Below are positions 11,998 through 24,927 of a stretch of DNA of 64,000 nucleotides, one piece after another; within the stretch, counting starts at the first letter, position 1, and every line of letters begins with the position of its first letter. Under the pieces are notes generated by a model that was given only the letters and a program-made list of their open reading frames with translations, was not told the origin of the DNA and searched no databases. Source of the DNA: Eledone cirrhosa (Eukaryota); NCBI GenBank assembly GCA_964016885.1, contig OZ024740.1, positions 244,218,001 to 244,282,000 on the forward strand, written 5' to 3'. Position numbers and translations under genes: made by a program.

Positions 11998-12346
11998 CGA
12001 TGAAATGTGTACGGATTTTTTGCAACTAAAAATTTCGTAAAACGGTCTTATTGATCGGATGGGCAAATGAGTGGATCAAATACAATAAGGAGAAACTGTA
12101 ATGAGAAGATCCAGAGAGTGTGTCTGAACTTCGCCTTAGTGAGAATGGATCTGGAGAAGTGGTGTGTCCTAGAGCTAGCGGCTGACAGAATGCCATCACG
12201 TACAGGAGATGAAATTAAGGTCTTAACATGGCAAACACATAAATATTTCACGTTTCTTTATAAATCCAGGATTTCTTACAACTGGTGAGGCGGCTTCTTT
12301 ATTTTTCTGTATATTTGGTTTCGGGCAATTCAAAATGTTAAATCTT

Positions 12347-12413
<67 letters not shown>

Positions 12414-12438
12414 ATACACACTCACACACACACACACC

Positions 12439-12485
<47 letters not shown>

Positions 12486-13149
12486 GAATAAAGATACAGT
12501 GAAAGAGAGAGGTGCATAAAGAAACGCATATACATATTCATACACATACACATGGCAGACATACATTCATACATCCAATTCTAATATATACACACAGCAA
12601 TATACATGTGACAATTTATACACCCATGTTGTATGTCTTGATAGAGGATGAAAGTCCCCTACAACCTAACATGTATTTCAGTCTTTAATAGGTTCTCTTT
12701 TAACTCTTTCATACAGCAGTTCGCAATCATATTTCTTTGTAATGATATATTTCATGATTTACTGGTACTGTTCACTATTATAAACAACTCCCACCAGAAA
12801 CACACCCATAAGCACACATGGTATAAGGGGAGACGGGGACAGAGATTAATAATTCATTTTCATATTGTCTCTATCTCTACTATTCTGTGCTGGATGTTCG
12901 TGTTAAGAGATGGGCTAAACGGTCAACTTCTTTTTATCGTGTCCATAAGAGTGTCAGTTACAAATATCCCCATTTTGCAAGATTGACTTTTGCACGTCCG
13001 ACACCAGATCTTAGTCTGTTGAGGCATTTTCACACTGCATAGTTTGTATCTGCTCCAGGGGATAGTGCCTCGCTCGCCTTTAGCCCCATTGTTGTTACAG
13101 ATCGGAGGTTGTCAAGTTTTTCTTCCCAGCGAGTGACTCTTTCACTACT

Positions 13150-14575
13150 TATGCTTGATGTTACAAGGGGCGTGACGCTCTTTAGGAAACTGATTACCAA
13201 CTGATCACCAACAAGTGGTCTGTAGCCTGAGACTACCTAAAGCCAAGAAAGCCAACAAAACTGGCAGGTCCAGCTCGACCTACAGGATAAAGTGGGGAGC
13301 GTTGGCAGATAAGGTAGTCAGGACCAGGTATAAGGATACATTGCATCCAAATTCAAAACACTCACTGAGCAAAATGAGGATGTTGGGACGGAGTGGAGAT
13401 TGTTCAGCTTGACAATTTCTGCATCAGCTGTTAAATGCTGCGGGCGAAAGCGGCTGGGTTCAAATAAGAGGTCAAAGATGCCTTCGAGCAAAGATGGAGG
13501 CTCACAAAGCTTGGATTTGAAATAAACCTTCCTTCTTGTACTTGCGGTACAAGCTGGTACGAAAAGTCGTAACAGATAACGTAAAGGTGTCCAAAATTAA
13601 GACGTTGGATGACTTTGATGTTAAGATGGAATTCGAAAGCAAATCAGCAAATAAGGTATTCTGGCAGACCATCTGCCCGACTTCGTAATAAGAAGTTCCT
13701 CTCTATGCCTGCTATCAGGAGCATATCCGAGGTTCTCCTCTCCTCAGAGATGTTCATCCTTGCGAGGTGGTGAGAATACTTTGCTGAACTCATAAACCCG
13801 ATCACAACAGCTTCTTCTGTTGTACACGAAGTGCACCTGGAAGCGATGACTAACCTTCAGGGCTGAGGTCACAAGAGCAATTAAAGAGCTCAGAAATTTG
13901 GCCCGAGATATTAAAAGCCTTAAACAGAGAAGATATTCCCTGGCTACTCATGTGTCCCAGGTGGCCTGGGTCTCTGGAAAGCCCCTAAGCTATGGTAATC
14001 AGGAGTAATAATCCCAATTTTCAAAAAGGGAGACACGAAAAATTGCCAAAGGGATCCCGGATAGGTCTATGCAAAGAGATGTATTGATATTGTTGAGTGC
14101 AACTTGGGTGATGAACTGTATGGTTTTCGCACTGCAGCACAGTCGACGAAATATTCACACCGTGGCAAGTCTTTGAGAAAATGTGACAGTATTGCTAAAA
14201 GGTTTGTTCTTGCTTCGTAGACCTTGAAAATGTATTTACCCTCATTTCACGGGGCCTGTCGTGCAGGAGTATAGGATCGAAGGACAGCTCCTTGTTGCCC
14301 TGATGTCTCTATACGAATGCCCGAGTATTTGTGTTCAGATAAATAGAGCTAAGTCAAAACCATTCAATGTGGGAGTTGAAATTCGTCATGGCTGTGTACT
14401 GTCATCTCTAATGTTCATAATTTTCATCGACAGGAGTGACATGCGCAGCCAGGATGGAAATGGTGCCAGGACTAGTGAATGTTGGATTAGTCAACTGGAA
14501 TATGCGGACGACATGGTATTGCTTAACTCGTCAGAAGGTGATCTCTGACTTGCACATGATAGGTTTGATGAGCGA
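13150..14575 (+). mobile_element. Decayed RTE-clade LINE fragment
   Basis: Frameshifted remnants TDHQQVVC, IPIFKKGD, YGFR, CFVDLE, RHGCVLS.LMF and LEYADDMVLL. Confidence 0.8.
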
Positions 14576-15668
14576 ATGCTTACAAGTTGTTAAATAGCAA
14601 TGAAACTAGTCAGTTCAATCCTCATCTAAAAGGCCCTCGTAGGCTTAATTTTACAATGAGACTGAATTACATATCAGCATAAAAAAGAGTAATTAGAACG
14701 ATGATAATGATCCTGATAAGGATGAGGCTAATGATAAAAGTTATTTTCCCTACTTTTATTTTTCCAGGAATTAGTCATTTAGATAATGTTCTCATCATAA
14801 AGCATGCAATTTTAGTTAATTAAGACTGCTTCGTTTATTTAAATATGCTATCATCTACTTTACAATGTGTATCCGGTTATGAATAGATGCATCATATCTC
14901 TTCATGTCAAAATAAATGGCTAAAAGTATTAGTACCAGGAAGAGCATCCAGCCACAAAACGGATCCCATAAAAACTGTGAAGGAGCCTGCAAGGCTAACT
15001 CCTACTTTAACAGAGAAAATAAAACTTAACTCTTTTGATACCAAACCACTTGAAACCACCCTGATTACGAAACTGCTCTGAAGAACTTTCCATCATTATC
15101 TTATTATAGAAAATGTTGTTATGTTCTAAATGTAAGCTGACTAATGACAAACTTTGTTTTTTGTTTTTTTATTAGATTCATCAAAATCAATTGAAACAGA
15201 TAGGCAGTGTATTTCATTTTCTTCTTCTTGTTTACTATGCAATTACTGTAAAAGTCTTTCAAGAAGTAAAATTATTTATCATAAATGTAGTTTAGAGTGC
15301 TTTAGTCAGAGATACGATGAAATGTTGGCAGGCAAATGCAAACACTTGATTAAGACCTAATACAATCAGAATCTTTAGCAGATTGTTTCAACAGGATCTA
15401 TCAAGATAAGAGTGAACATCATCATCATCATTTTTACATCCTCTTTTCCATGCTGACATGGGTTGGATAATCTATTTTGAGTCAGATGAACTTCCTGATA
15501 GCAACCTATATCTATTATACTTATATTTAAGTATGTTAATTATTCCATTGAGTTTATCAATAAGTTGTGAGACATATTCTTTATGCAGGATATAAACAAA
15601 TGGCACCAGTCAACTTTTAAAGGTGTGTCAATATGAAGACACACACACATAGACATACGCACACATCT

Positions 15669-15762
<94 letters not shown>

Positions 15763-15791
15763 CATCAAAAGATGGTTAAAAGAGTTCCAAG

Positions 15792-15862
15792 TATTTTATT
15801 ATGCGCATTTCAAAAACAAATATCATCATGGGATGATATCTGCGTTCTCATCAGATAAAATA
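15792..15862 (-). ncRNA. Hammerhead ribozyme (family A, left pLTR)
   Basis: tattttat CTGATGA...GAAA tgcgca TA ataaaata on the minus strand. Confidence 0.88.
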
Positions 15863-16787
15863 GGGAGACATGATATGAAGCTTAAAAAACACTTGTGAGC
15901 AGTGAAGTTTTAAATCAACATATGAAAAATAAACTAAGATGAATATATGAGATTGGGAGGGGTGGGGGTAGGAAAAGGTAAGGAAGAGGAAGAAATAAGA
16001 GTAAAGGATGGTGGAGGAGGAGTATAAGAAAGAAGGATGAGAGAGGAGGAGAAATTGGTGATAGAGAGAGATAGCCTTTACAACTGAGAAAATATTGTCT
16101 CACAGAGAGAAATTAAAAAACCGTTGGAAGATAATAGATAATTTAAAAGATTTTGAACTTAAAAGTTAATGAGGTTTATGCACGAAGAAAAAGGAATTAA
16201 GAATAGTATTAAATTAAGGTTTGTATATTGAAGGGTTTAATAATATGTGCGAAAAAAAGAAAATTTATTAATATGTATTATTAAAATTAAAATATTAATG
16301 ATATTAAGGATATAATGTGAAAGAAGGAGAAGAATAAATGAGTTATGAACTTAGAGGAATTAGTTAGGGTTTAAGTTTGTTTTTATGTATTGTAATATGT
16401 AAACGTAAATAGTAGGTTTAAAATGAGCATGGAAGGAGAGAAGAAAAAAGAATGTTTAAGGAAGAAAATATCTAACGTCAAAAAGTATATATGTTTACGA
16501 AATATTTTACAATGGTAATATTATAATATATTAAAAAAGAAATTAGTTAGGGATTAAGTTTGTTTTTATGTATTGTAATATGTAAAAGTAAAAGTAAATA
16601 GTATGTTTAAAACTAGCATGGAAGGAGAGAAGAAAAATTTAAGGAAGAAAAAAAAATATCTAACGTCAAAAAGTTTATATGTTTACGAAAATCTTCTAAT
16701 GGTAATATTATAATGTATTAAAAAAATATAATTTTAATGGCCAATAATATGAGGAAAGATGGAAGAATGGATAATGCTGTAGTGAGT

Positions 16788-16977
16788 AATAATTGTTTCT
16801 ACTTTTGGCACAAGGCCAGCAATTACCCAGTGCATTACTGGTACTTTATTTTATCGACCCCGTAAGGATGAAAGGCAAAGTCAACCTCGGCGGGATTTGA
16901 ACTCAGATCGTAAAGGGACGTAACTATGCTGGAAAGCATGGCGTCCGACCCTCTACCGACACTGCCAATCCACCGCC
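16788..16977 (-). mobile_element. Same SINE inside left pLTR
   Basis: Full-length copy, flanked by the duplicated gctgtagtgagtaataat (16776-16793 and 16995-17012). Confidence 0.88.
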
Positions 16978-17041
16978 AATCCACTGCCAATACCGCTGTA
17001 GTGAGTAATAATATGAAGTAATTGGGAAGAAAAGGTACAGA

Positions 17042-18821
17042 TCTGGGGGTTGTTAGTAAAGCCATCTTGGATAGAATTATCCCACAGGTTCGTTCTAATT
17101 GCTCTATTTCTAACTTAAATTTATGGATTGGTACATCTGAAGTAACTGGCTGGTTCAACAACCTGAATAAGAAAAACAATCAAAAATGTATTCAATTTGA
17201 TATTGCCAGCTACTATTCTTCTATTTCGCCTTCACTTCTCAACAATGCTCTATCTTTTGCATTTAAATATTCTGACATTACCACAGATGAACTTTACATC
17301 ATTCTCACCTCAAGAAAAACTATCTTGGAATTCAACAATGAATATTGGACTAGAGCTGATACCTCCAACAATTTTGATATCACAATGGGTGCTTCCGATT
17401 CATCGCAATTGACTGATTTGATTGGTATCTTTATTTTGAATTCTTTAAATCGGAAAATTCCTCAACTTCGCGGTGGAATTTATCGTGATGATGGCCTTTT
17501 TACTATCTTAAACTGCAACTTAGTTAACCTTAATATTATTAAGAACAATATACGTGATCTCTTTAAGCACCATAATCTTAAAATTGAATTTGATAACAAC
17601 GTCAAACTAGCTAACTTCTTGGATATATCCCTTAATCTTGACACTGGCCTTTATTACCCTTACCATAAAAACAATGAGAATCTAAATTATGTTAATTTTA
17701 AATCTAACCACCCCACTAACATTAAAAATGCTATAGTCAGTAATATTGAAAAAAGAATCTCAAATTTATCCTCTAATAAAGATATCTTCGACGCTAATGC
17801 CAATTACTATAATAATGCGCTTTCTAAAGCCGGTTATCCTGATAAAATTAAATACAGTAAGGAAACCAATCATCGAAGGTGTTATAGTAAAATAATTAAT
17901 TATGAACATTCCAATAACTTAAATAAAAGACCTAGATACAAAAATATAATTTGGTATAATGCTCCTTTTTCTCTATTTATTAATAATAATATTCCTAAAC
18001 TATTCTTTAGGGCCTTAGATAAATGCTTCCCTCCCTCATATATCTATAGTAAAATCTTTAACAAACATACAATTAAATTTTCTTATTCCACCACTTCCAA
18101 CATCTCTAACATTATCTCTAAACACAACAATAAAATATTAAATAATAAATTACATCCTTCCAACACTGAGCGTCATAATAATAGCAGTAGTATACCCGAC
18201 GTCATTGTTAACTCTAGGCTAGATTCTGTAAATTTAAATACGACGTCAAACGTAACTTCGTTGAATGTTCATAATACCAATCTAAATCAGGAAACTATTG
18301 TTCCTATCGTAAATAACTTCTCCAATCCAATTCTTTCTATAAATAATACTAGGTCACTTGTTAATAACACTGTTAATTTCTCTAATCGTAATTGTAATTG
18401 CTCTATTAGAACTAAATGTCTTCTTAACAACCATTGTCTTGATAAAAACTTAGTCTATGAATGTAAGGTTATAACTGATACTAATTATTTTACCTATTTC
18501 GGTTCCACTTCCACTTCCTTCAAAGCTAGATTTTATAATCACAAATCGTCTTTTAAATACCAACTTAAAAGAAATAACACGGCACTCCCGGAACTCATAT
18601 GGTCCTTAAAAGACAAAAATATTAACTATAACATCTCTTGGCGGAAGGTTTGCTCCGCCTTTCCCTACCTTAATTTTTCCTTATCCAGGACATGTAATCT
18701 CTGCCTAGCCGAGAAATTTACCATTATATCTAATTTCAATTCTATAATAAATAGACGCACAGATTTATTTTCGCTCTGCTTGCATAAATCCCATAGAACA
18801 TTCCATAAAGTATACAGCTAA
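17042..18821 (+). CDS. 5'-truncated PLE reverse transcriptase plus C-terminal GIY-YIG endonuclease (Naiad-like)
   Basis: Uninterrupted frame. RT motifs QFDIASYYSSI, FDITMGASDS, GIYRDDGL, NFLDISL and SNHP. EN motifs CNC..C..CLDKNLVYEC...YFGST..FKARFYNHKSSF, CNLCLAEK and CLHK. The N-terminus is lost at the junction with the inverted arm. Clade assignment is from remembered motif pattern. Confidence 0.93.
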
Positions 18822-19062
18822 TATTTATTAGTTTAAAATCCTCTTTTCTCAAAGGCTTATATATCTTTTACAAATATACCCATCTTTCTACCTTATTTCA
18901 GTATTATATATTATATAATACAATTTACTCATTCTATGTCATAATCCCCTATCTTTCTTCTTTATCATTTTCCTTCTTCCTTTTTTCTTTTTTAATTTCT
19001 AATCTCTAATCTGTACTTTTTCTTCCCAATTACTTCTCAATTCATATTATTACTCACTACAG

Positions 19063-19231
19063 TAGAGGATCGGATGCCATGCTTTGAAGCATAGAGTTAC
19101 CTCCCTGTATGATCTGAGTTCAAATCCCGCCGAGGTTAACTTTGCCTTTCATCCTTCCGGGGTCGATAGAATAAAGTACCAGTAATGCATTGATAATTGC
19201 TGGCCTTGTGCCAAAAGTAGAAACAATTATT
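19063..19231 (+). mobile_element. Same SINE inside right pLTR, 5'-shortened
   Basis: Flanked by duplicated attattactcactacag. Confidence 0.88.
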
Positions 19232-20163
19232 ACTCACTACAGCATTATCCATTCTTCCATCTTTCCTCATATTATTGGCCATTAAAACTATATTTTTTTA
19301 AATACATTATAATATTACCATTAGAAGATTTTCGTAAACATAAACTTTTTGACGTTAGATATTTTTTTTCTTCCTTAAATGTTTCTTCTTTCTTCTCTCC
19401 TTCCATGCTAGTGTTAAACATACTATTTACTTTTACTTTTACATATTACAATACATAAAAACAAACTTAAACCCTAACTAATTTCTTTTTTAATATATTA
19501 TAATATTACCATTAGAAAATATTTCGTAAACATATATACTTTTTGACGTTAGATATTTTCTTCCTTAAACATTCTTTTTTCTTCTCTCCTTCCATGCTCA
19601 TTTTAAACCTACTATTTACGTTTACATATTACAATACATAAAAACAAACTTAAACCCTAACTAATTCCTCTAAGTTCATAACTCATTTATTCTTCTCCTT
19701 CTTTCACATTATATCCTTAATATCATTAATATTTTAATTTTAATAATACATATTAATAAATTTTCTTTTTTTCGCACATATTATTAAACCCTTCAATATA
19801 CAAACCTTAATTTAATACTATTCTTAATTCCCTTTTCTTCATGCATAAACCTTATTAACTTTTAAGTTCAAAATCTTTTAAATTATCTATTATCTTCCAA
19901 CGGTTTTCTAATTTCTCTCTGTGAGACAATATTTTCTCGGTTGTAAAGGCTATCTCTCTCTCTCTATCACCAATTTCTCCTCCTCTCTCATCCTTCCTTC
20001 TTATACTCCTCCTCCACCATCCTTTACTCTTATTTCTCCCTCTTCCTACCCCCCCCCCCTCACTTTTTCCCAATCTCATATATTCATCTTAGATTATTTT
20101 TCATATGTTGATTTAAAACTTCACTGCTCACAAGTGTTTTTTAAGTTTCATATCATGTCTCCC

Positions 20164-20234
20164 TATTTTATCTGATGAGAACGCAGATATCATCCCATAA
20201 TGATATTTGTTTTTGAAATGCGCATAATATAATA
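20164..20234 (+). ncRNA. Hammerhead ribozyme (family A, right pLTR)
   Basis: tattttat CTGATGA gaacgcagatatca...tgatatttgttttt GAAA tgcgca TA atataata. Confidence 0.88.
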
Positions 20235-20354
20235 CTTGGAACTCTTTTAACCATCTTTTGATCTTATATTATTTATACGCCAGTCCTACAAACTGTAGAG
20301 TGCTACTTATCCGATATTTGCATTGCTTTATTGTGCTACAATAAAACTCACCTC

Positions 20355-20422
<68 letters not shown>

Positions 20423-21261
20423 TAGGTAGTACATTTTCTGACTACCAAATGTCACCCAAAAGACATTGATCAACCCAAGGCTATTATAGAAAACACATCA
20501 ATATAATGCCATATACTGGGATTGAACCTAAAACTATGTAGTTTGAAACTGAACTTCTGCACCATACAACTATGCCTGTAGCTCTATTCATAGTGACAAA
20601 AATATATTGCCATCTAAAGTGTTTTAGTCAAGAGATACAATGCAATGTCAATTACAAGATTCATTTATTAAGGACATTATCCAATCAGGATCTTGATCTG
20701 ATTGATTAGCCAGGATCTAGATAAGATTGAATAATTTATAATTAATTCATAAATAGATCATCACCATTTAACATCTATTTTCTATGCTTGCAAGGGTTAC
20801 ACAGATTGTCACGTACTGTGGCTAGACTGGTCTGGTGACGATGTCTTGCTTGCGCACTCAGTTTTTGGTTTGGTTTCAACAGCTGAATATCATTACTAGC
20901 ACCAACCACTTTACAGCATGTACCTGAAGTATTTTATCATGGCTCCAGCAATACCTTCTTACAGGGTGGACTATGTGTTTTTTGTTGTGGTACCAGCACT
21001 ATAGCCTTTCAGGTTGGAATAGGTGCTTTTTTCTCATGGCATCAGCACTACCATTTTAAAGAGTAGTGTATTTGCATTTTATCATTTCACAATTATATAT
21101 AAATGTGTGCTGAGTATTATAATAAGTTATAATTATAGGTTAATGACTTATGTTCTAGTCATTTGATCAATGGAGCAGCCTAATCATTAGATTTATGTGT
21201 AACAAGCTGAGTATTCAACGAAGCAGTGGTGGTGGTTTTGATGATGTCAATGATGATCTAT

Positions 21262-21465
21262 AATTCTTTCTACTTTTGACTCAAGGCTAGCAATTTAAAG
21301 GGATGAGGAAAGCCAATTAAACTGACTGGTACTTTATTTTATCGACCCTGTAAGGATGAAAGGCAAAGCCAACTTCAGCAGGATTTGAACTCAAAACATA
21401 AAGAGCCATAACTATAAGCTGTAAAGCATGTTGTCTGATGTTCTACTGATACTACCAATTCACCA
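21262..21465 (-). mobile_element. SINE copy
   Basis: Same central domain and B-box. Confidence 0.75.
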
Positions 21466-21569
21466 ATACTGATATTCACAAAAGGCCAACAATTTGTGGG
21501 GAGGGAAAAGTCGATTACATACATTGACCCCAATAGATGACTGGTTCTTTATTTTTTCAACCCAAATAG

Positions 21570-22110
21570 GCTGTGGTGAGAAAGGTAATACAATAAACCA
21601 CATTATTAGTGAATGTAAGATGATTGCTCACAAAGAGTACAAGAGAAGGCACGACAACATTGCCAGATTGGTTCATTGGAAGCTCTGTCATAAGTATGAC
21701 ATGAGCAGAAGTGAGAAATGTTATGAAAACTAACTGGAAAGGGTGGCTGAAAATGAACAGTATAAGATCTTGTGGGGCATGACCATCCAGTGCAACCCTT
21801 TTATTGTGGTTAGAAAGTCTGACATTGTTGTCATAGAAAAGAAGAATAACAAGGTAAGTATTGTGGATATTGCTTCACCATGGGACCACAGGGTGAATGA
21901 GAAGGAAAGTAAGAAAGTTGAGAAATACCAGGAGCTGAAGAGAGAAATGAGGAAACTGGAAAACCAGACAAGTAGAAGTGGTATTGACTGTGTTTGGCGC
22001 ACTGGAGGCATGGCTTGAGAAGCTAGGGATTACCATTAGGACAGGATTGCTGCAGAAAACAGCCTTACTGGGAACAGCAAGAATTCTAAGAAGGGTGTTG
22101 GAAAGTTGAA
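21570..22110 (+). mobile_element. R4/Dong-like LINE 3' fragment (CCHC knuckle plus restriction-like endonuclease)
   Basis: CGEKGNTINHIISEC..YKRRHD, KILW, SDIVVIEK..IVDIASPWD..KVEKYQEL and LQKTALLGTARILR. Confidence 0.85.
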
Positions 22111-22185
22111 GGAGAAGGAATGACCCAAAGGACCTTTGGCCATTGGCTATGGCTTGCTCTTTTGGTATAGTGTTGGTATAACATC

Positions 22186-22317
22186 TGCACAAGGCCAGCA
22201 ATTATCCCCAGTACATTACTGGTACTTTATTTTATCGACTCCATAAGGATGAAAGGCAAAGTTAACTTCGGCGGGATTTGAACTCATACCATAAAGGGCT
22301 GTAACTCTTTGCTGCAA
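22186..22317 (-). mobile_element. SINE fragment
   Basis: Same central domain and B-box. Confidence 0.8.
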
Positions 22318-22319
22318 AA

Positions 22320-22870
22320 ATAACCAAAAGGTTGAAGGGAAGAGAAACGATCTGGAAATGAGAATGCACAGGCAGTTTGAAAGAAATACAGGGAATATCA
22401 AGGATGAAAGAACATCATGGTATGAGCAAGTGCCTTGTAAGGTAATGCAGGAGGATGGGAAAGCAACGAGATTCTAGGATTAAGATTTTCAGGCTGACAG
22501 CATAACTGAGCATCGCTAACTGGGCATTGTTGTATTGAATAAAACAAATACTGTCCGAACATAAACATGGGCCATACCAAATGACATGAATATTGCAAGT
22601 AAAGTGGTTGACAAAATCATTAAATACTCCGCATTGCAAGAATGTTTGGAATGTGAGCGGGTGGAGTGAAAGTGATACCAGTTATGAACGGGGCATTCAG
22701 GTCACCCCATTGAAACTCCAAGATCTCTTAAAGCAGTTGAGAATACCATGCAAGAATTGTCTGTTTGAGGTTCTTGTGATTTGATAGATGACTAAATGCT
22801 CCGGTGCATTTTCCATCTACACTGCATGACAAAAGAATTAATAATAACCATAATAATAATAATAAATAAT
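22320..22870 (+). mobile_element. Second, highly decayed R4/Dong-like fragment ending in (TAA)n
   Basis: MHRQFER and RLE-like remnants, with a (TAA)n 3' end. Confidence 0.45.
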
Positions 22871-23084
22871 CAACATAAGACTGGCCTGCTGAAACAGAAT
22901 AATATTAATAAAAATGGTAAGTGAATGTTTGAACTATGGAACTCCTCCGGGATAAAGATAATTAAACAATTTCAATGAATAAAATTAATTTTATTTACAA
23001 TAATAATAAATTGGTTTTTGTTAACAGCATGTCAGTAACATTAGTTGGACGGACAATGATTGAGATGTAAACAAAAAAAAACTT

Positions 23085-23261
23085 GAATTCATAGAATAAT
23101 GAAAAAACTCAACGCAAAATAGCTGTTAAAACAGCTAAATGCCATTAATGACTGCGTTGGGTAAAATTTACCTCAAATTATACCCAACGTCGTCATTAAT
23201 GGCATTTTGCTGTTTTAAAAGCTATTCTTGTATTGAGTTTTTCTCATTATTCTATGAATTC
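23085..23261. repeat. Imperfect fold-back (MITE-like) palindrome
   Basis: gaattcatagaataatga..cgttgggta and tacccaacg..tcattattctatgaattc, with ~80 bp arms. No HHR core. Confidence 0.8.
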
Positions 23262-23540
23262 TAATACACTCGCGTTTCAACTTGAAAAAAAACTTGGATT
23301 TAGAAGATCTGATGTAGAGTTTTTAATTAAGAAGCACATAGATATTTCTTCATATATACAAACACACACACACACATACATTTAACTTCTATTGTTAGTC
23401 AAAGATTAAGGTACTAATAGTTTCATAGGCTCATCAGTTGATGGTACACATAATTTATAAATATTTAATTATATATGAAGCTGCATATTCTGAGACCATC
23501 CTACTCCTCAGCTGTTGTAAGCTCAATTTAAACTGTTGTA

Positions 23541-23579
<39 letters not shown>

Positions 23580-23656
23580 AGAGAGAGAGAGAGAGAGAGG
23601 GGGATGGAGGAAGAAACATATATATACACAGTGGAAGCCACTTATGACAATAACAA

Positions 23657-23841
23657 ACAATTGTTTCTACATTTGGCACAAGGCCAGCAAGTATCCCAGT
23701 GTATTACTGGTATTTTATTTTATCGACCCTGTAAGGATGAAAGGCAAAGTTAACCTTGGCAGTATTTGAACTCAGACCATAAAGGGCCGTAACTCTTTGC
23801 TTGCAAAGCATGGCATCCAGCCCTCTACTGATATTGCCAAT
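23657..23841 (-). mobile_element. SINE copy
   Basis: Same family. Confidence 0.82.
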
Positions 23842-24017
23842 GTTTACTGTCATCAGCCAGTTAGAGTTAAGAGATGCTTCAGCTGAAAGTGATCATAAGT
23901 AACTTCCACTGTGTATGTGTATATATATATATATATATATACACAAGGAACCAAATAAATATATATATTTTTTTTAAAAATAAGACTCCAGTTGCATTTT
24001 CGATTTCATCTCTTTAT

Positions 24018-24057
<40 letters not shown>

Positions 24058-24060
<3 letters not shown>

Positions 24061-24251
24061 GAAGGAAATGTGGTAAGGAACCAGGTGGACAATAATGCAC
24101 CAAAGTTCTCAATACTTAGGGTAGTAGAGTGGGTAATAGGAACCAGTAAGACCCCGACGGCTGAGCTCAAGCCGTTTCGACGGCTAATTCTGGACTGAAT
24201 TAACCGTCGAAACGGCTTGAGCTCAGCCGTCGGGGTCCTACTCGTTCCTAT
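24058..24251. mobile_element. Short fold-back mini-PLE (family C)
   Basis: Tail homologous to 6516-6596 (reverse complement), with arms ~24136-24190 and 24198-24251. Lies between two (TA)n tracts. Confidence 0.87.
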
Positions 24252-24733
24252 ATATATATATATATATATATATATACCCACACACAAATACAGATGCACA
24301 TATACATATATACATTTATATATATTAGACTGGTGTTCTGTTAAAGAATGTAAGGGAGACACAATTAAAGTAAAGTACTCAATAGATCAAGGAGAGAGGA
24401 TACTTAATTTAATTTCATTTAGAACTACTATTTCATTCCCAAATAAGAGGCTTTCTTGTAATATTACAAAATAAAACAGCACTACTCCTATAAAAGCCAC
24501 TTCTAAATTGAATGCTACTATGTATCATCATCATCATCATCATCATCGTTTAACGTCCATCTTCCAGGCTTGCATGGGTTTGGACGGGAGTTTTCCCACT
24601 TGAGGCAAGATTTGTTGTCCTGCTCGTATAGGACTGTCTGGCGGGTTTTCTACGGCTGGATGCCCTTCCTATATATATATATGTGTGTGTGTGTGTGTTT
24701 GCACACACATATATATATATGTGTGTGTGTTTG

Positions 24734-24767
<34 letters not shown>

Positions 24768-24802
24768 CACACACAAACACACACACATATACATATATTA
24801 TA

Positions 24803-24927
24803 TATGATCTGAGTTCAAATCCCGCCGAGGTTAACTTTGCCTTTCATCCTTACGGGGTCGATAAAATAAAGTACCAGTAATGTACTGGGTAATTGCTGGC
24901 CTTGTGCCTAAAAATAGAAACAATTAT
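24803..24927 (+). mobile_element. SINE, 5'-truncated
   Basis: B-box through the agaaacaattat 3' end. Confidence 0.85.

Larger units (their letters stand above)
15762..20358 (+). mobile_element. Penelope-like retroelement (family A) with ~1.25 kb inverted pLTRs, inserted in (TA)n
   Basis: 15762-17041 is the reverse complement of ~19010-20262. The right arm extends ~95 bp further. An RT-EN ORF lies between the arms, each arm has an HHR, and (TA)n flanks both sides. Confidence 0.95.

Noticed and set aside
16361-16560. TTAGGG-like words in the pLTR
   Set aside because: They are single occurrences within a ~185 bp tandem duplication, not telomeric arrays.
17022-17041. Apparent start of the 599 aa ORF
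   Set aside because: The TTG start and GRKGTD come from the inverted pLTR arm. The RT is 5'-truncated, so this copy is probably not autonomous.
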